DNA of 64,000 bases. Source: Malacoraja senta. Taxonomy: Eukaryota. The notes under the pieces are model-generated. The model was not told where the DNA came from. It searched no databases and was given only the letters and a program-made list of their open reading frames with translations. The stretch is taken from assembly GCA_038087875.1 (NCBI GenBank), contig CM075977.1, positions 362,638,001 through 362,702,000 of the forward strand. The letters run 5' to 3'. A program made the position numbers and the translations under genes. Positions 23,501 to 35,725 of the stretch are shown here, in pieces; within the stretch, counting starts at the first letter, position 1, and the number at the start of each line of letters is the position of its first letter.

Positions 23501-25417
23501 ACATCTTTTAAAATTCCCTTTTAAAATAGCTACAGAAAAATTTAAATACTTGGGAATCGAAATTACTAGAACATATCAAGGTATGTTTAAGGCAAATTTT
23601 GAACCCCTACTTAATAAATTAAACACACTAATTAAATTCTGGAAAACGCTCCCGATGTCTTTAATATGCCGAATAAATGCAATAAAAATGATCTTTCTAC
23701 CACAAATTTTATACCTATTTCAATCGATTCCTATATACTTACCAAAGAAGTTTTAAAAAAAACTCGACTCAGATATCACTAATTTTATATGGGACTATAA
23801 ATCACATAGAATACAAAAAACTCATCTGAATAAACCTAAAGTATTAGGGGGTTTAGCACTACCTAATTTTATGTATTATTATTGGTCAGTAAATATTAAA
23901 AATATGATTCAACTGATGGATAACTCCGCACAGCAAGTGGACTGGATTGTAATGGAGAAAGAGGATTGCTCCTCTGGAAACATTGGAGCGATCCTCCTCT
24001 CTCCAATGAAACTGAATAATATAAATTATAATAAGAACCCAATTATTCATCGTACAATCCGAATTTGGAAACAAATAAAACAAAATTTAAAATTAAGAAA
24101 TTTATCACTTTTATTACCTATAGTTAATAACCCTTCGTTTAGTCCTTCTATTATAGATAAAGCTTATACACAATGGGATAGACTAGGAATTAAAACGCTC
24201 GGTGACTTGTATGAAACTGGAAAATTGCTTTCATTTCAACAATTACAAATAAAATATAAACTCGGAAATAATCAATATTTTAAATATTTTCAAATATGCG
24301 ACTATTTGAAAAAATATACAAAATATCATTATAATAACCCAGCAGATGTATTGGATGAGGCAATGCAGATAAAAGCTGAATCAGCAAACCTAATATCATA
24401 TTTGTATAATATTATCTTAAATGTACAAATACCATCTACGGAGGGTATCAGAAGAGACTGGGAACAAGAGTTAGCTATTAAAATTTCAAAGGAAAGTTGG
24501 AATGAACATTTATTAAAAGTGCATAAATGTTCGATTAATGTAAGACACACTTTAATACAATTTAAAATTTTACATAGATTATATTATTCGAAAACTAAAA
24601 TTCATAAAATTTTCCCAAATGTATCATCTATTTGTGATAAATGTCAATCCCAAGAAGCTACTATAGCGCACTCATTCGTTTTCTGTACAAAAATTCAAAA
24701 ATTTTGGAATGAAATTTTCGAAATCTTTACAAAATTATTTAAAATAAGACTGATACCCAAAGCAGAATGGATTATCTTCGGAATAACGGAAGATGGTGCA
24801 GAACTAAATGTGTTTCAAAAGAAACTAACAGACTATGGGTTAATAACTGGAAAAAAGCTAATTCTAAAATTTTGGAAGAAGGCTCCAATACCAACTATAA
24901 ACATGTGGATTTCAAATATGTTCGAAACATTACACCTAGAAGAGATAAGACTCCTCCTAGCAGGTAAACCAGATCACTTCCACCTGACGTGGTCTGCATT
25001 TATAGAATTATTACAAATATAGGGTGCAAAGGTACCTTAAAAAAAAATTGAGGTCAGGTAAGGGGGGATGATAGTTGAAGAGTTGGTATGTCCCATTTGC
25101 GTAATACTCATAAAAATATTTGTTTCTCTCTTTTTCCTCTTTCTCTTTCTCTTTCTTTTCTAGGGTCTATTTCTTAACTCTTTTTCTTTTGTTTTTAATT
25201 TTGTTCTTATAGGGTCTTCGTCCTTTTTTGTTGTCACATTTTCTACACTCTCACTTTTTCCTTCACTTTCTTCTTTCTTTCAATCTTTTCCTTTTCTAGT
25301 GTAAAAAACAAATGGAGTACATTTATTGTAAGAAGACATAAGTGACGAGTACTAATGTATGTGGTTTTAATGTAATGTACTTCTAATAAATAGAAAATTA
25401 AAAAATATATTAAAAAA
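20553..25417 (+). mobile_element. L1 LINE, 5'-truncated upstream of ORF2, inserted in ERV-B
   Basis: 17-bp TSD AAGAATTCTCCACTCTA at 20536-20552 and 25418-25434; TT/AAGA nick site; AATAAA and A-rich tail. Confidence 0.96.
21249..25022 (+). pseudogene. L1 ORF2 (APE endonuclease, RT, CCHC), frameshifted
   Basis: SWNIRG, LQETH, NIYAPN, GGDFN, SRIDY, SDHSP; PGPDGF, EKAFD, ISLYTDD, KYLG; CDKC..H..C. Confidence 0.95.
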
Positions 25418-25685
25418 AAGAATTCTCCACTCTATTATGAATCAAGGAACAATGGACTATCAGGATTGATGGATGGGAATTCGAGCCCACAAAAACTCGG
25501 AAGGCGAAGACTTATCAGAAAGAAATCATGGAGCTACGCCCACGAAAACTCGGGAAGCTCAATGAAATTCTGAGAAGCTACATCAACATCTTCTTGTTAG
25601 AACATTGTTAAAGTAGAGCAGTCATCATTGTATTCTGGAGTTATCAGTTATGATGAGGGTTATCATGAATGATAAAATGGGGGAA

Positions 25686-26315
25686 TGTTAATACTTGCCA
25701 AATTAAAGACACCATAAAATGGAGGATCTTTGCACTTGTCAGAATTGCAAACAAACCTTAAATGCATCATTTTGATTGGTTTGCTGCAAAAGCATTGTAA
25801 GTAGTATAAATAATGTTGCAAGACGGTCATCCTGTTAGTCGGTGATTGGTTGAACTGTTGAGCCTTGGAGAAACTGTTTGAATCTCAGGGAACATGTTTC
25901 AATGTTTGTTCTTGTTTGCTTCCTTCTAGAGCTTTCTTTCTTATACAATGTATTATTGGGTTAGGGAAATGTCTGTCATGTATGGGGTTAATCGATATCT
26001 GTAATTGGATTGTAAAGATACCACCCCCACGTGGTTCAGCTCCTCGAGGTCTGGAGACCTATAAAAGTCCGCTGCCATGAGGGCGATCTTCTGGGAGAGC
26101 GCTTGGGACTGCGTGACCTTCTGGAGTGTATCTGTTTGAGTGAGGCGTAGAGGGCTTGATCAGGCAGATACGAGGATCAAACCCATGGTGTTTAGGTACA
26201 GTAGTTGGAACTGTAATTGTGCTTTGTCAAAATAATGTTTAGATGTGCAAGTGCTTGCCTCAGTGATTTTTGACTGAAACTAGACTGGAGGGAAGCTTTG
26301 AACGAGCAATTTACA
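25686..26315 (+). promoter_or_regulatory. 3' LTR of ERV-B
   Basis: Follows the PPT; TGTTAATA...AATTTACA; TATAAAA at 26060. Confidence 0.95.
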
Positions 26316-26916
26316 TAAGGACGTACAGGTTTGTAGGTTAATTGGCTTGGTATAAATGTAAATTGTCCCCAGTAAGTGTAGGATAGTGTTAATGTGCATG
26401 GATCGCTGGATGGTGCGGACTCGGTGGGTCGAAGAGCCTATTTCCGTGCAGTATCTCTCAACTAAACTAAACTAAACTAAACTACTAACACTGCTAACAT
26501 GAAGCTTAGAATTGCTGCATCAAACAATCATCAAAGTCCAACAGTTGTTGCTAATTTCATGGTGCTTTGATGGCAAATATGCACCTTTGCATCATTGCAT
26601 TGCATCTACATATTATTGCCTACTAAGAAGCAACTGGTATATGACATGATGCCAGTTAAACAACTCTCTGGGATGGAATTATTTATCACTTCCATCTTGC
26701 CTGCAAACCTTTGAATACACTATGTTGCTTCAGTTCTTGCATCTTATAAAACCTGTTCAAATTGTCTCAATTGCACCAGTACCTTCAGTGTCAAAGCCCT
26801 ACGCTCTGGAATTCTTGCTTTAAACTATTCTATCTTTTTGCCTCCCTCTCCTCGTTTGATATCCTCTTTAGAAAATACTTTTCAACCAAGCTTTTGGTCA
26901 TCATCATCACTAATAA

Positions 26917-26945
26917 CTGAAGAAGGGTCTCGACGTGAAACGTCA
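26917..26945 (+). ncRNA. Penelope-type minimal hammerhead ribozyme motif (stem II partly mutated), inside a Penelope-derived repeat extending to about 27040
   Basis: CTGAAGA-AGGGTCTCGACGT-GAAA-CG-TC. Confidence 0.55.
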
Positions 26946-28087
26946 CCCATTCCTTCTCTCCAGAGTTGCTGCCTGTCCTGCTGAGTAACTCCAGCTTTTT
27001 GTGTCTATCTTCAGTTTAAACCAGCATCTGCAGTTCCTTTCTGTACATGTCATGTAGTATGTTTTCTCTCCGTAACTGAATATGTTGCTTTTTGAATGTT
27101 TTATCTTTAAGATACTTTATTAAAGCAATATATTGTTGTGATGCGTGAAATTGTAGCAGAATTGTTTTACCACAATTGAACAGGGAAATTTACAGATGAC
27201 TTTATACACTTAAAATACAATATTCACTTTCAATCTGTTACTAGGTGGTTTTAATTTCACAGAATTTTACAACTAGTTTTACATAAAATGAAATTGTTTA
27301 ATAACATGTTTATAAAACTTTCCTTTAATAGCATCAGTAAATTTAGCTGATTACGTTTCTGTAATTATTACATCAAAGTACAACATAAAATAAAATAAAT
27401 GGTTATTACATTGCCGAAAGTAATAAGTATTTATTTTTTACCGTAGCTTTGGCGAAAAGGCACCATTGACCTGAGTGGAATTACATGCTAATTCAACATT
27501 CTTTCGACTGAAAATGAATCCTTGAACATGACTTTAACTCTGGGGCCCTTGAGAACTTTCATTAACATTTGACTTGAGGCGCTTTTACTTCCAGTGACTG
27601 CCACTTGCATTTCTGTGACAGAACTGCTTAAATCTTGTTAAAATGCAAATTCCCCTGATGGTGTGGTGGAGTGACAGCAGGAGATCACAAATGACAGAGA
27701 GATAGAATCCATTGATAGGGCTACCAGATTTGACCTCAGTGACCACATGCAAGGGAGATGAATACACCCAAAACTGTCCCGCTGTAATTTCGGAAGTGTA
27801 TGATGTGAGAGAAGGATAGGATTGAGTTCAGCTGTGCCACTCAAAGATGCGGTGAAATCAATATGTCAGCAAAAGAAAATACTTAATTAGGGCAAAAAGA
27901 AAACAAAATATGCTCAAAATGTCTTGGATGAAAATGCAGCCAAAGAGTTTTCCATGACGATAAAACAGACAAGCAACATTTTACAACAACTAGAAACAAG
28001 CAACTGCAGATGCTGATTTACAAAAAAGATACAAAGTGCTCAGCGGATCAGTAGCATCTCAGGAGAACATAGTTAGGTCATGTTTTG

Positions 28088-29379
28088 CAGTGTTGCAGGG
28101 ATAATTTTTTAGGTGCCGGAGCTGTCATACGGGGACGTCATTTCAGGTTTTGTTTCGGGGGGGGGGGGGGTGGGTGGGGGGAGGGGGGCAAGCAAGTCTC
28201 CCAAGAGGGTCAAACAAGATTATAGCCTATGACTACATTCCAGTGTATAAACATATAATACTTAATTTAATAATATGACTAAATATTGCACAGTAGCACA
28301 CACTAATTATCATGAAATATAATTATCAAGCTGGTGTTGAAAAATACGGTAATCATGTATTTTTATAGAGGTGTCGGCTCGGCACCAACTCGCCCTGACT
28401 CTCCCGCAGCTCTGGGCCTACACTCAAACACACACTCACACACACTCACCCACTCACTCACCCACTCACTCACCCACCCACTCACCTACTCACTCACCTA
28501 CTCACTCACCTACACACTCACCCACTCACTCACCTACTCACTCGCTCACTCACCCATTTACTCAGCCACCCACTCACTCACTCACTCACCCACTCACCCA
28601 CCCACTCACACACACACACACTCATCCACTCCCTCACCCATTCACCCCCTCACTCACTCACTTACACACTCATCCACTCACTCACCCATTCACCCACTCA
28701 CTCACTCACCCACCCACTCACCCACCCGCTCACCCACCCACTCATCCACCCAGTCATCCACCAACTGACCAACTCACCCACTAACCCACCCACTCACACA
28801 CTCACCCACTCACACCTGCAATGGACCATAACTGTACTTCATTCGACGCCAGATCCATGCCCTCAACAAATGCTTCCACGCATATCTGGACTCTACCAAG
28901 GATCACAAGCTTGCCCTCCTCCAGACCGGTCACTCCACCGACACTCCTTGACTCGACCGCCCACCCGCTGGACCGCGGCGCCGCCTGCCCGACCACCGCG
29001 AGGCCAAGATGGCCACCACAAGGAGCAACAACAACATCCACCGCCTCTCCGACCTTCACCGACTTCCGGCCAAACCCAGGCCCAGACCACCAAAACTGCC
29101 GCAGCTGCCGATTCTCACTGCCTCCCTGGGACCACTGCTGTTGTCGCTGACTCTCACTGCCTCCCCGGGGCAACAGCCGCTGTTGCTGACCTTCACTGTC
29201 TCCCCACGGCCACCAATGCTACTGCCGCTGACCTGTATCTCTACTCCAGACCCCCACGGGCCTCCACCAGGGACTCTGCCAACCCTCGTCTATCCACCGG
29301 CCACCAGCGGACCAGAGCCGTCACCACACCAGAGTTCCAGGCTCAGCACCAGGTGAGCTCCGGCAGCACTGCACCCCTG
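28088..29379. mobile_element. Non-autonomous hAT element
   Basis: 8-bp TSD ATGTTTTG at 28080-28087 and 29380-29387; imperfect TIRs CAGTGTTGCAG / CAGGGGTGCAG; subterminal GCCGGAGCT at both ends. Splits a Penelope-derived repeat. Confidence 0.8.
28412..28816. repeat. (CACT/CACC)n compound microsatellite
   Basis: Directly visible. Confidence 0.95.
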
Positions 29380-29682
29380 ATGTTTTGGTCGGGACCCTTC
29401 TTCCAGCCCTTCTTTACAACGATAACTTATATTGATACATGTAATCATTTGCTTTCTTATGTCAAATGTGAGCTAGTCAATACTTCACAGGAGTCTTACT
29501 AACATCAAGAGAAATTAGGACAACAAATGCACCACTAAAGAGAACCAGTAAAATAGGAATCCACAGAAGGTTAAACACAGGATTCCATACATTTGTGACT
29601 CTGATATAGCTACGGATCGTGAAACAAATATGTGCATAATGTATAAAATAGGTCATAGTTACATAGTTGCTAAAGGAATATA

Positions 29683-30580
29683 CAGATACAATACAATACG
29701 GTTTTATTCGTCACATTGCACATAAAGTGCAAGTGAAATGAATTTGCCAGCAGCGGTACAATGAGAAAGAACACACAATACACAATAAAAATTTAACACA
29801 AACATCCACCACAGCATTCATCACTGTGGTGGAAGGCACAAAGTTTGGCCAGTCCTCCTCCATTTTCCCCCGTGGTCGGGACCTCAACCCTCCGCAGCCG
29901 TCGCTGCGGGCGTCCAGAAGTGCAGACAGGTAAAAGTCCAGGTAAGTCCAGAGTTGGCTCTTCCCCACCAGAGACCGCGGCTTTAGGTTGGTGTAGGCCG
30001 CAGGCCGCCGGTCGAAGATATAAAGTCCCCGCCACGGCAGCCAGAAGCACCGCAAACCGCAGGGCCGGCAGTCGAAGCTCCCCTCCAGGGGTGATGGTAA
30101 GTCCACGCCGGGCCCGCGGTAGAAGTAGGCCACGGGCCGGCAGTGGTGGCTTCTTCTTCTCCCAGGTCCCACACGAGGGATCCCGGGCTGCGGACGCTGC
30201 GCCAGCTGGAGCTCTGCAGACCGCGACTTCAGGCTGCCGGCTGCCGCGGGCCAGCGAACGGAGCGCTCCCCTCCGGCGAGCCCCAGCGAGGGCTCGCCCG
30301 CTCCACGCCGAGAGTCCACACTGCGCCCACTGCTGAAGCCCCGGGCACATCTCCGGGAAAGGCCACGCCGATCCTTATTGTTAGGCCACGGGGGAGGCGA
30401 CCTGGAAAAAGTCGCCTCTCCGTGGAGGAGGCGACCAAAACGGTTTCCCCCTTACCCCCTCACACCACCCCCCACACAAAACACACAGAGGAACATTAAA
30501 AACATACACTAAAACATACTAATTTTTTTTTTTAAAAAGCAGAAAAAAACGGACATGCTGCTGACAGGGCGCCGGCTTGA
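29683..30580 (-). mobile_element. GC-rich non-autonomous retroposon with a Rex1/L2-like 3' end
   Basis: On the minus strand: ...GCAATGTGACGAATAAAA followed by a (GTATT)n tail; GC-rich body without RT motifs. The family assignment is tentative. Confidence 0.5.
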
Positions 30581-31587
30581 GAATAGAGTAAACAATTAAA
30601 AGAAGTAGAAACAAGGTACTACAGATGCTGGTTTACAAAAAAAGGCATACATTGCTGGAGTAACTCAGCTGGTCTGGCAGCATCTCTGCAGAACGTGGAT
30701 AGGTGACATTTTGGGTCGGGATTTTTCTTCAGACTTGAAAGATTTAAACAGTTGGGGATAGAGCAGACAATTTTGTATACAATCACGAGAAGAATAGATA
30801 GGGTTAATGCACAGGTTTTTTTTACTCAGGATATGGGGAATCAAGAACTAGAGAACATAGGTTTAAGGTTAGAGGGGCAAAATTTAGTACAAACATGAGG
30901 GGCAACTTTTTTACTCATAGTGTTGTGGGTATATGGAACGAGCTGCCAGAAGAGGTTGTTGAAGCAGATATTATAACAGTATTTAAAATACACTAGATCA
31001 GGTACATGGATAGGAAAGGTTTAGAGGGATATGAGCCAAACACTGACAAATTAAACTGGGTTATCTTGGTCAGCATAGACAAGTTGGGCTGAAGAGCCTG
31101 ATTCCATGCTGTATGACTCTGGAGAGAGGCAGGCACTGGAGAGACACAAAGAGCTGGAGTAACTCAGCAGGTCTCAATAACTCAGGAATTACTCCAACAC
31201 TTTATGTCCTTTTGTGTATTTACCAGCACACGCAGTTTTTTTGTTTCTACAGATACTGGGAGGATTAAAAATGTGGGTAAGCATTTTAAAACTGAGACCG
31301 AGGAAGACTGTGGAGTGTCCATCGTTAACTGGTGAGTGGGATATAGAGTGACTGGTGAGTGGGAAAATAATAAACTTTCATTATTTTCATTTTATTTTCA
31401 TTTTAGGATGAACTCAAAGTTATGGACAGTGAGAGGTCCTTGGTATCGAAACAGTCAGCCTAAACACAGTGCCCAGAAACTGGTATGTGTAGGAAGGAAC
31501 TGCAGATGCCGGTTTACACCAAAGATAGACACAAAATGATGGAGCAACTCAGCGGGACAGGCAGCATCTCTGGATCGAAGGAATGGA

Positions 31588-31616
31588 TGACGTTTCGGGT
31601 GGAGACCCTTCTTCAG
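31588..31616 (-). ncRNA. Penelope-type minimal hammerhead ribozyme motif, core intact
   Basis: Minus strand CTGAAGA-A-GGGT(CTCC)ACCC-GAAA-CG-TC, inside a Penelope-derived repeat at 31485-31652. Confidence 0.65.
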
Positions 31617-33069
31617 ACACTCATTCCTTCTATCCAGAGATGCCGCCTGTCTAGAAACTGGATTGGCCATTGGAGGGACCAGCATGTCATATATAAAAAA
31701 CAAGAGATTAATTCACACCCACTCCTTGCCTGCAGATTTAAAGTTAAATTTAACTTCATTGGATCTCCTTTCTGCACTGCAACTTAAGCTGTGTGTTATC
31801 ATTGTACAAGAGCTGTTTACCCACCACCACAAGTGCAGTTCCATTAACCTCAATGGAGCTGATTGTGAATACAAATGGCTGACATTCAAACCTGTGTCAC
31901 ACTCCAAACAAAGATAAATCCTCCAGTTCATGAATTTTAGAATAGGGTACTACACAAATGCAAGACACTGACACCAAGAAAGCAGAAATTTGCCAATATC
32001 TTTAAAAAAAAGTGTTTTATACTTCTGATATTGCCCTGATATTATTGTTTCCAACACAAATAGAAAAAAACACACATTAACACCCGCAGAAGAGACTAGT
32101 TGATAAATCTCTGCAGTATATAACTTGCTTTAAAATGGGTTCAGAAGCTGCTCTGTCAATTATTGTGTCTCTTGTGTTAAATATGTCATCAAAAGAGTGA
32201 GATATGATTAATTCCGAAATCTCATTAAATATGTTTTTCCCCTGATCACCTTCTGTATCCTAATGCATGAACAATTTAAAATAGTGTCCGGAATCCCTTA
32301 AGCATGTCAATGTCCTGAAATATACACCTGAAGCAAATTTACATATAGCATTAAATCTGATTAGAGACAAAGTGCAAACAATATGCATGCTGTTCTGTTT
32401 TAGTGGATAATTATCCATATTGTAACAGCGCAGGGAATTGCTCCATTGTTACTGAAAGATTTCATTTCAATATGGATAGGCAGTTACAAATCTCAAAAAT
32501 CAGTAAGGAACAGATCAAATGGCAAGCAACACACATAATTCAAGCATGCAAAATTGTATCTACCATCTGTCAATAAAAAAAAAGTCAGCCTTTCTTTATT
32601 CTTTTGCCAATAGACAAATTTCATTTGAACATCAAAGTGATACCTTTCTGTTGGTATTTCTGGGTCGGCTTTGCTCTCCATAACATTAAAATGAATCATA
32701 TTATGAAGCCTCAGGGATGTGATACTATGGATTAGAACACAGTTCTTTCATCCTTTAGACCCGGGGTTGTATCCATCGCAAACTAATGGGATTAAAAGCT
32801 TTTCTCTCTGACAGCTGTTAAGGGTCCTAGTTGAATCTGAATTTGGATAGGCTCAATCCAGTCTCCAATGGGCATGAGCCCACATCTGAGTACTGCCCAC
32901 AATTTGGCTCTGTTTGGAAAACACATTCAAAAGGTCAGAGCTGCTTTAATATACGTGAAAATGCTACATTGCTAAAATGAATGATGATTCTTGAGCATGT
33001 AAAAAGTTTTCAACTATTTTTAATCCCACAGTTTATCTGGCCAGGCATAATGACACTGAATGCCCAATT

Positions 33070-34430
33070 TCTCCATTAAATGCTATCAGAGTGCATAATG
33101 AGAGTAACATGAGAGAGACAGAACACTTGGTTGAATGGTGCTGCAACATTAAGCTTTCACTCAATGTCAACAAAACCAAGGGACTAATTGTTGACTGCAG
33201 ATAAGTGAAGTCAGTAGATCATGTGCCAGTTTTCATTCTCAGTGGGTCAGGCAGTATCCACGGAGGTAATGGAAGGCAATGTTTCAGGTCTGAAACCTTC
33301 TGAAGGGTCCTGACATGAAATGTCGCCTATTCATTCCCTCCACAGATGCTGCCAGGCCCGCTGTGTTACTCTAGCACATTGCATTTTGCTCAAGATTCTA
33401 ACATCTGCAGTTCCTTGTGCCCGCTAATTTTCATTCATGCGTCAACAATGGAGAGAATCTGCAGCTTCAAATTCTTGGACATTAACACATGTGTCCAGTA
33501 CTTTGATGTAATTATGAACAAGGCGTGCCAGTGCCTCTACTTTATTGGAAGTTTAAAGAGATTTAATATGAGATTTACGAGGATGTTGCCTGGAGGATTA
33601 GTCCAGTGTAGTTTTGTTTATTGTAACATGTCCCCAGATTTGAGGGACTGGGATATGGAGATGTTGGAGCTGCCAGAAGAGGTAGATGAGGCAGGTACTA
33701 TAACAGCATTTAAAAGACATTTGTACAGGTACATGGATATGATAGGTTTTGAAGGGTATGGGCCAAATGCAGGAAGGTGGGACTAATCTAGATGTATCAT
33801 CTTGGTCGGCATGGTCAATTTGGGCCAAAGGGCCAGTTTCTATTATGTACGACTGCATGACTCTATGTCATCTGACATTCAAACAAACTTCTACTTGTTT
33901 CATCATGCAGTGGCACGGTAATTAAAATTCACAGGAATGCAAGAGGCCACAGAGAATGGTGGGATTATCCACGTCCATCATTGGCACTGCCCGCCCCGCC
34001 ATTGAAAACATCTTCAGGAAGCATGCCTCAGGAAGGCGGCTCCTATCATCAACGATCTCTACCATATGGATCATGCTTACATCCCCTATGCACAAGTCCC
34101 ACACCTGAAGATTCCAGAGCACCTTCATTCCTTCATCCATAAGATTCTAAACTAACCTACACAAGCTTAATCCTACTTCAGCAACAGAGCATTATAGACC
34201 ACCTCTTGCACTAACATGGGTTTGTTTTATATTGTGCCTTTGCATAAACTTCCTGTTTTGTACATATATATTTTTATTTTCACTGTCTTTTACAAATTTA
34301 TGAATACTTTATATACAATTTACGCTTTGTGTGTTGCCTGAGCCTGTGATACTGGTGAAAGTGAGATTTCCAATGTAGTGGTACCTCACTGTACTTGTGT
34401 AAATGTGAATAAATCTGATTTGACTGAAAA
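33070..34430 (+). mobile_element. Mosaic of degraded Rex1/Babar, Penelope-derived and HER1 fragments
   Basis: WC..N.LSLNV.KTK..IVD and FKFL..LYF..LKRF (Rex1-like); HER1 3' end at 33660-33868. Confidence 0.55.
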
Positions 34431-35499
34431 ATGCCAAATAGCTGTGGATGAAGCTGCCTACAAAAAGCTTATTTTGCATTTTATACATAAGTGAGAGTTT
34501 ATGCTTATGCACAATCAGCTCTCCGGGTGTAATTGTACTTAACATTTTTTGCTAGTTTTGAGAACCTTATTTTCTCAAATTCTGATGAAATCATCTGCAT
34601 TTTACTGAACAAAAAACCTACTATGAATGAATGCAATCAAGCAGTGTATTAGAAGAAGTGGAATATTAATTCCACTGTGCTTAGAAAATCTAATTAATCC
34701 ATGAAATCATGTGTAACACATACTTTTGCATTGCAAAGATACATTATCCAGTTTCTGCTAGTCGAGAATTTGGACGGGCTATTTCATCTCTGCCTATCCA
34801 CCAGATACAGGGTCAATAGACAATTAAAAATATAAGCATGACTTGTCTGATGAGGCCCAATGTCCTCCCATAACTTCCTGTTTTAATCTGCTTTTAAATA
34901 ATGGCTTCCTCTTTTAAATACACAAATTGAACTTTGATTATATCATTGGCTTGACTGTTATTTTAATCAGAAACCTGAATGGTTTGGTATCAGTGCTTCG
35001 AATGTCGAACAGGCAGTGTCTCCTTTTTGGTACTAACTGAAAAGTTTGCTTTTACCCAGAGTAAATCATGCCAGCAAACCATTCCAAATTAATTCACATG
35101 TAATATCATACTGGACAATCCTTTACAAATTCACCTTTACACATTAATGTTTCGTGCGACTGACCTCTCCCAGTCTGTCGATGATTGTCATAACTTACTT
35201 ACCATATACTTCCACCCATATTCATATAAATTGAATCTCGATGCTCCTCTCCACAATACTACAGAACAATCTCAATGGAACTGGGAATAGATCCTAAGAT
35301 GGCGCTTCAACCCGAAACGTCACCCATCCATATTCTCCAGAGATGCTGCCTGATCTGCTGAGTTGTGCCAGCACTTTGTGTCCTTTGTCATTTTGCTTAT
35401 TTGGTGCTTTGAGAGACATTTTTACAAAAGAAATGTATCAGTTCTTTAATGTGCAGCAGGATGTGGACTATAGCAGCTGAGCTCGGACATAACAAGAGC

Positions 35500-35725
35500 C
35501 AGGGTATTTGTACGTTCTCCCCTTGACCTGTGTGGGTTTACTCTGAGATCTTCAGTTTCCTACCGCAATCCAAAGACAAAATCCAAAGATAGGTTAATTG
35601 GCTTGGTATAAATGGATAAATGTAAAATTGTCCCTAGTGTGTAGGGTAGTGTTAACTTGTGGGGATCGCTGGACGGTGCGGACTTGGTGGGCCAAAGGGC
35701 CTGTTTCCATGCTATATCTCTAAGC
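35500..35725 (+). mobile_element. HE1/V-SINE, partial
   Basis: V-domain TTTGTACGTTCTCCCC and 3' GGGCCTGTTTCC. Confidence 0.75.

Larger units (their letters stand above)
12131..26315 (+). mobile_element. ERV-B: full-length, decayed, env-less class I (epsilon-like) endogenous retrovirus
   Basis: Two LTRs with TG...CA ends, tRNA-Pro PBS, gag-pro-pol, PPT AAAATGGGGGAA at 25674-25685, 4-bp TSD TAAA/TAAG (12127-12130, 26316-26319). Confidence 0.96.

Noticed and set aside
20553-25022. Long ORFs between pol and the 3' LTR as env
   Set aside because: They are L1 ORF2 (EN/RT motifs) bounded by a 17-bp TSD.
27420-27900. Non-repeat stretch as an exon or conserved enhancer
   Set aside because: No convincing splice pair or recognisable peptide; conservation cannot be assessed here.
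28334-29502. Long THS/PT-rich ORFs as a mucin-like gene
   Set aside because: They derive from a microsatellite and C-rich transposon cargo.
29711-30499. Overlapping 120-200 aa ORFs on both strands
   Set aside because: GC-rich stop-poor repeat; no domain motifs.
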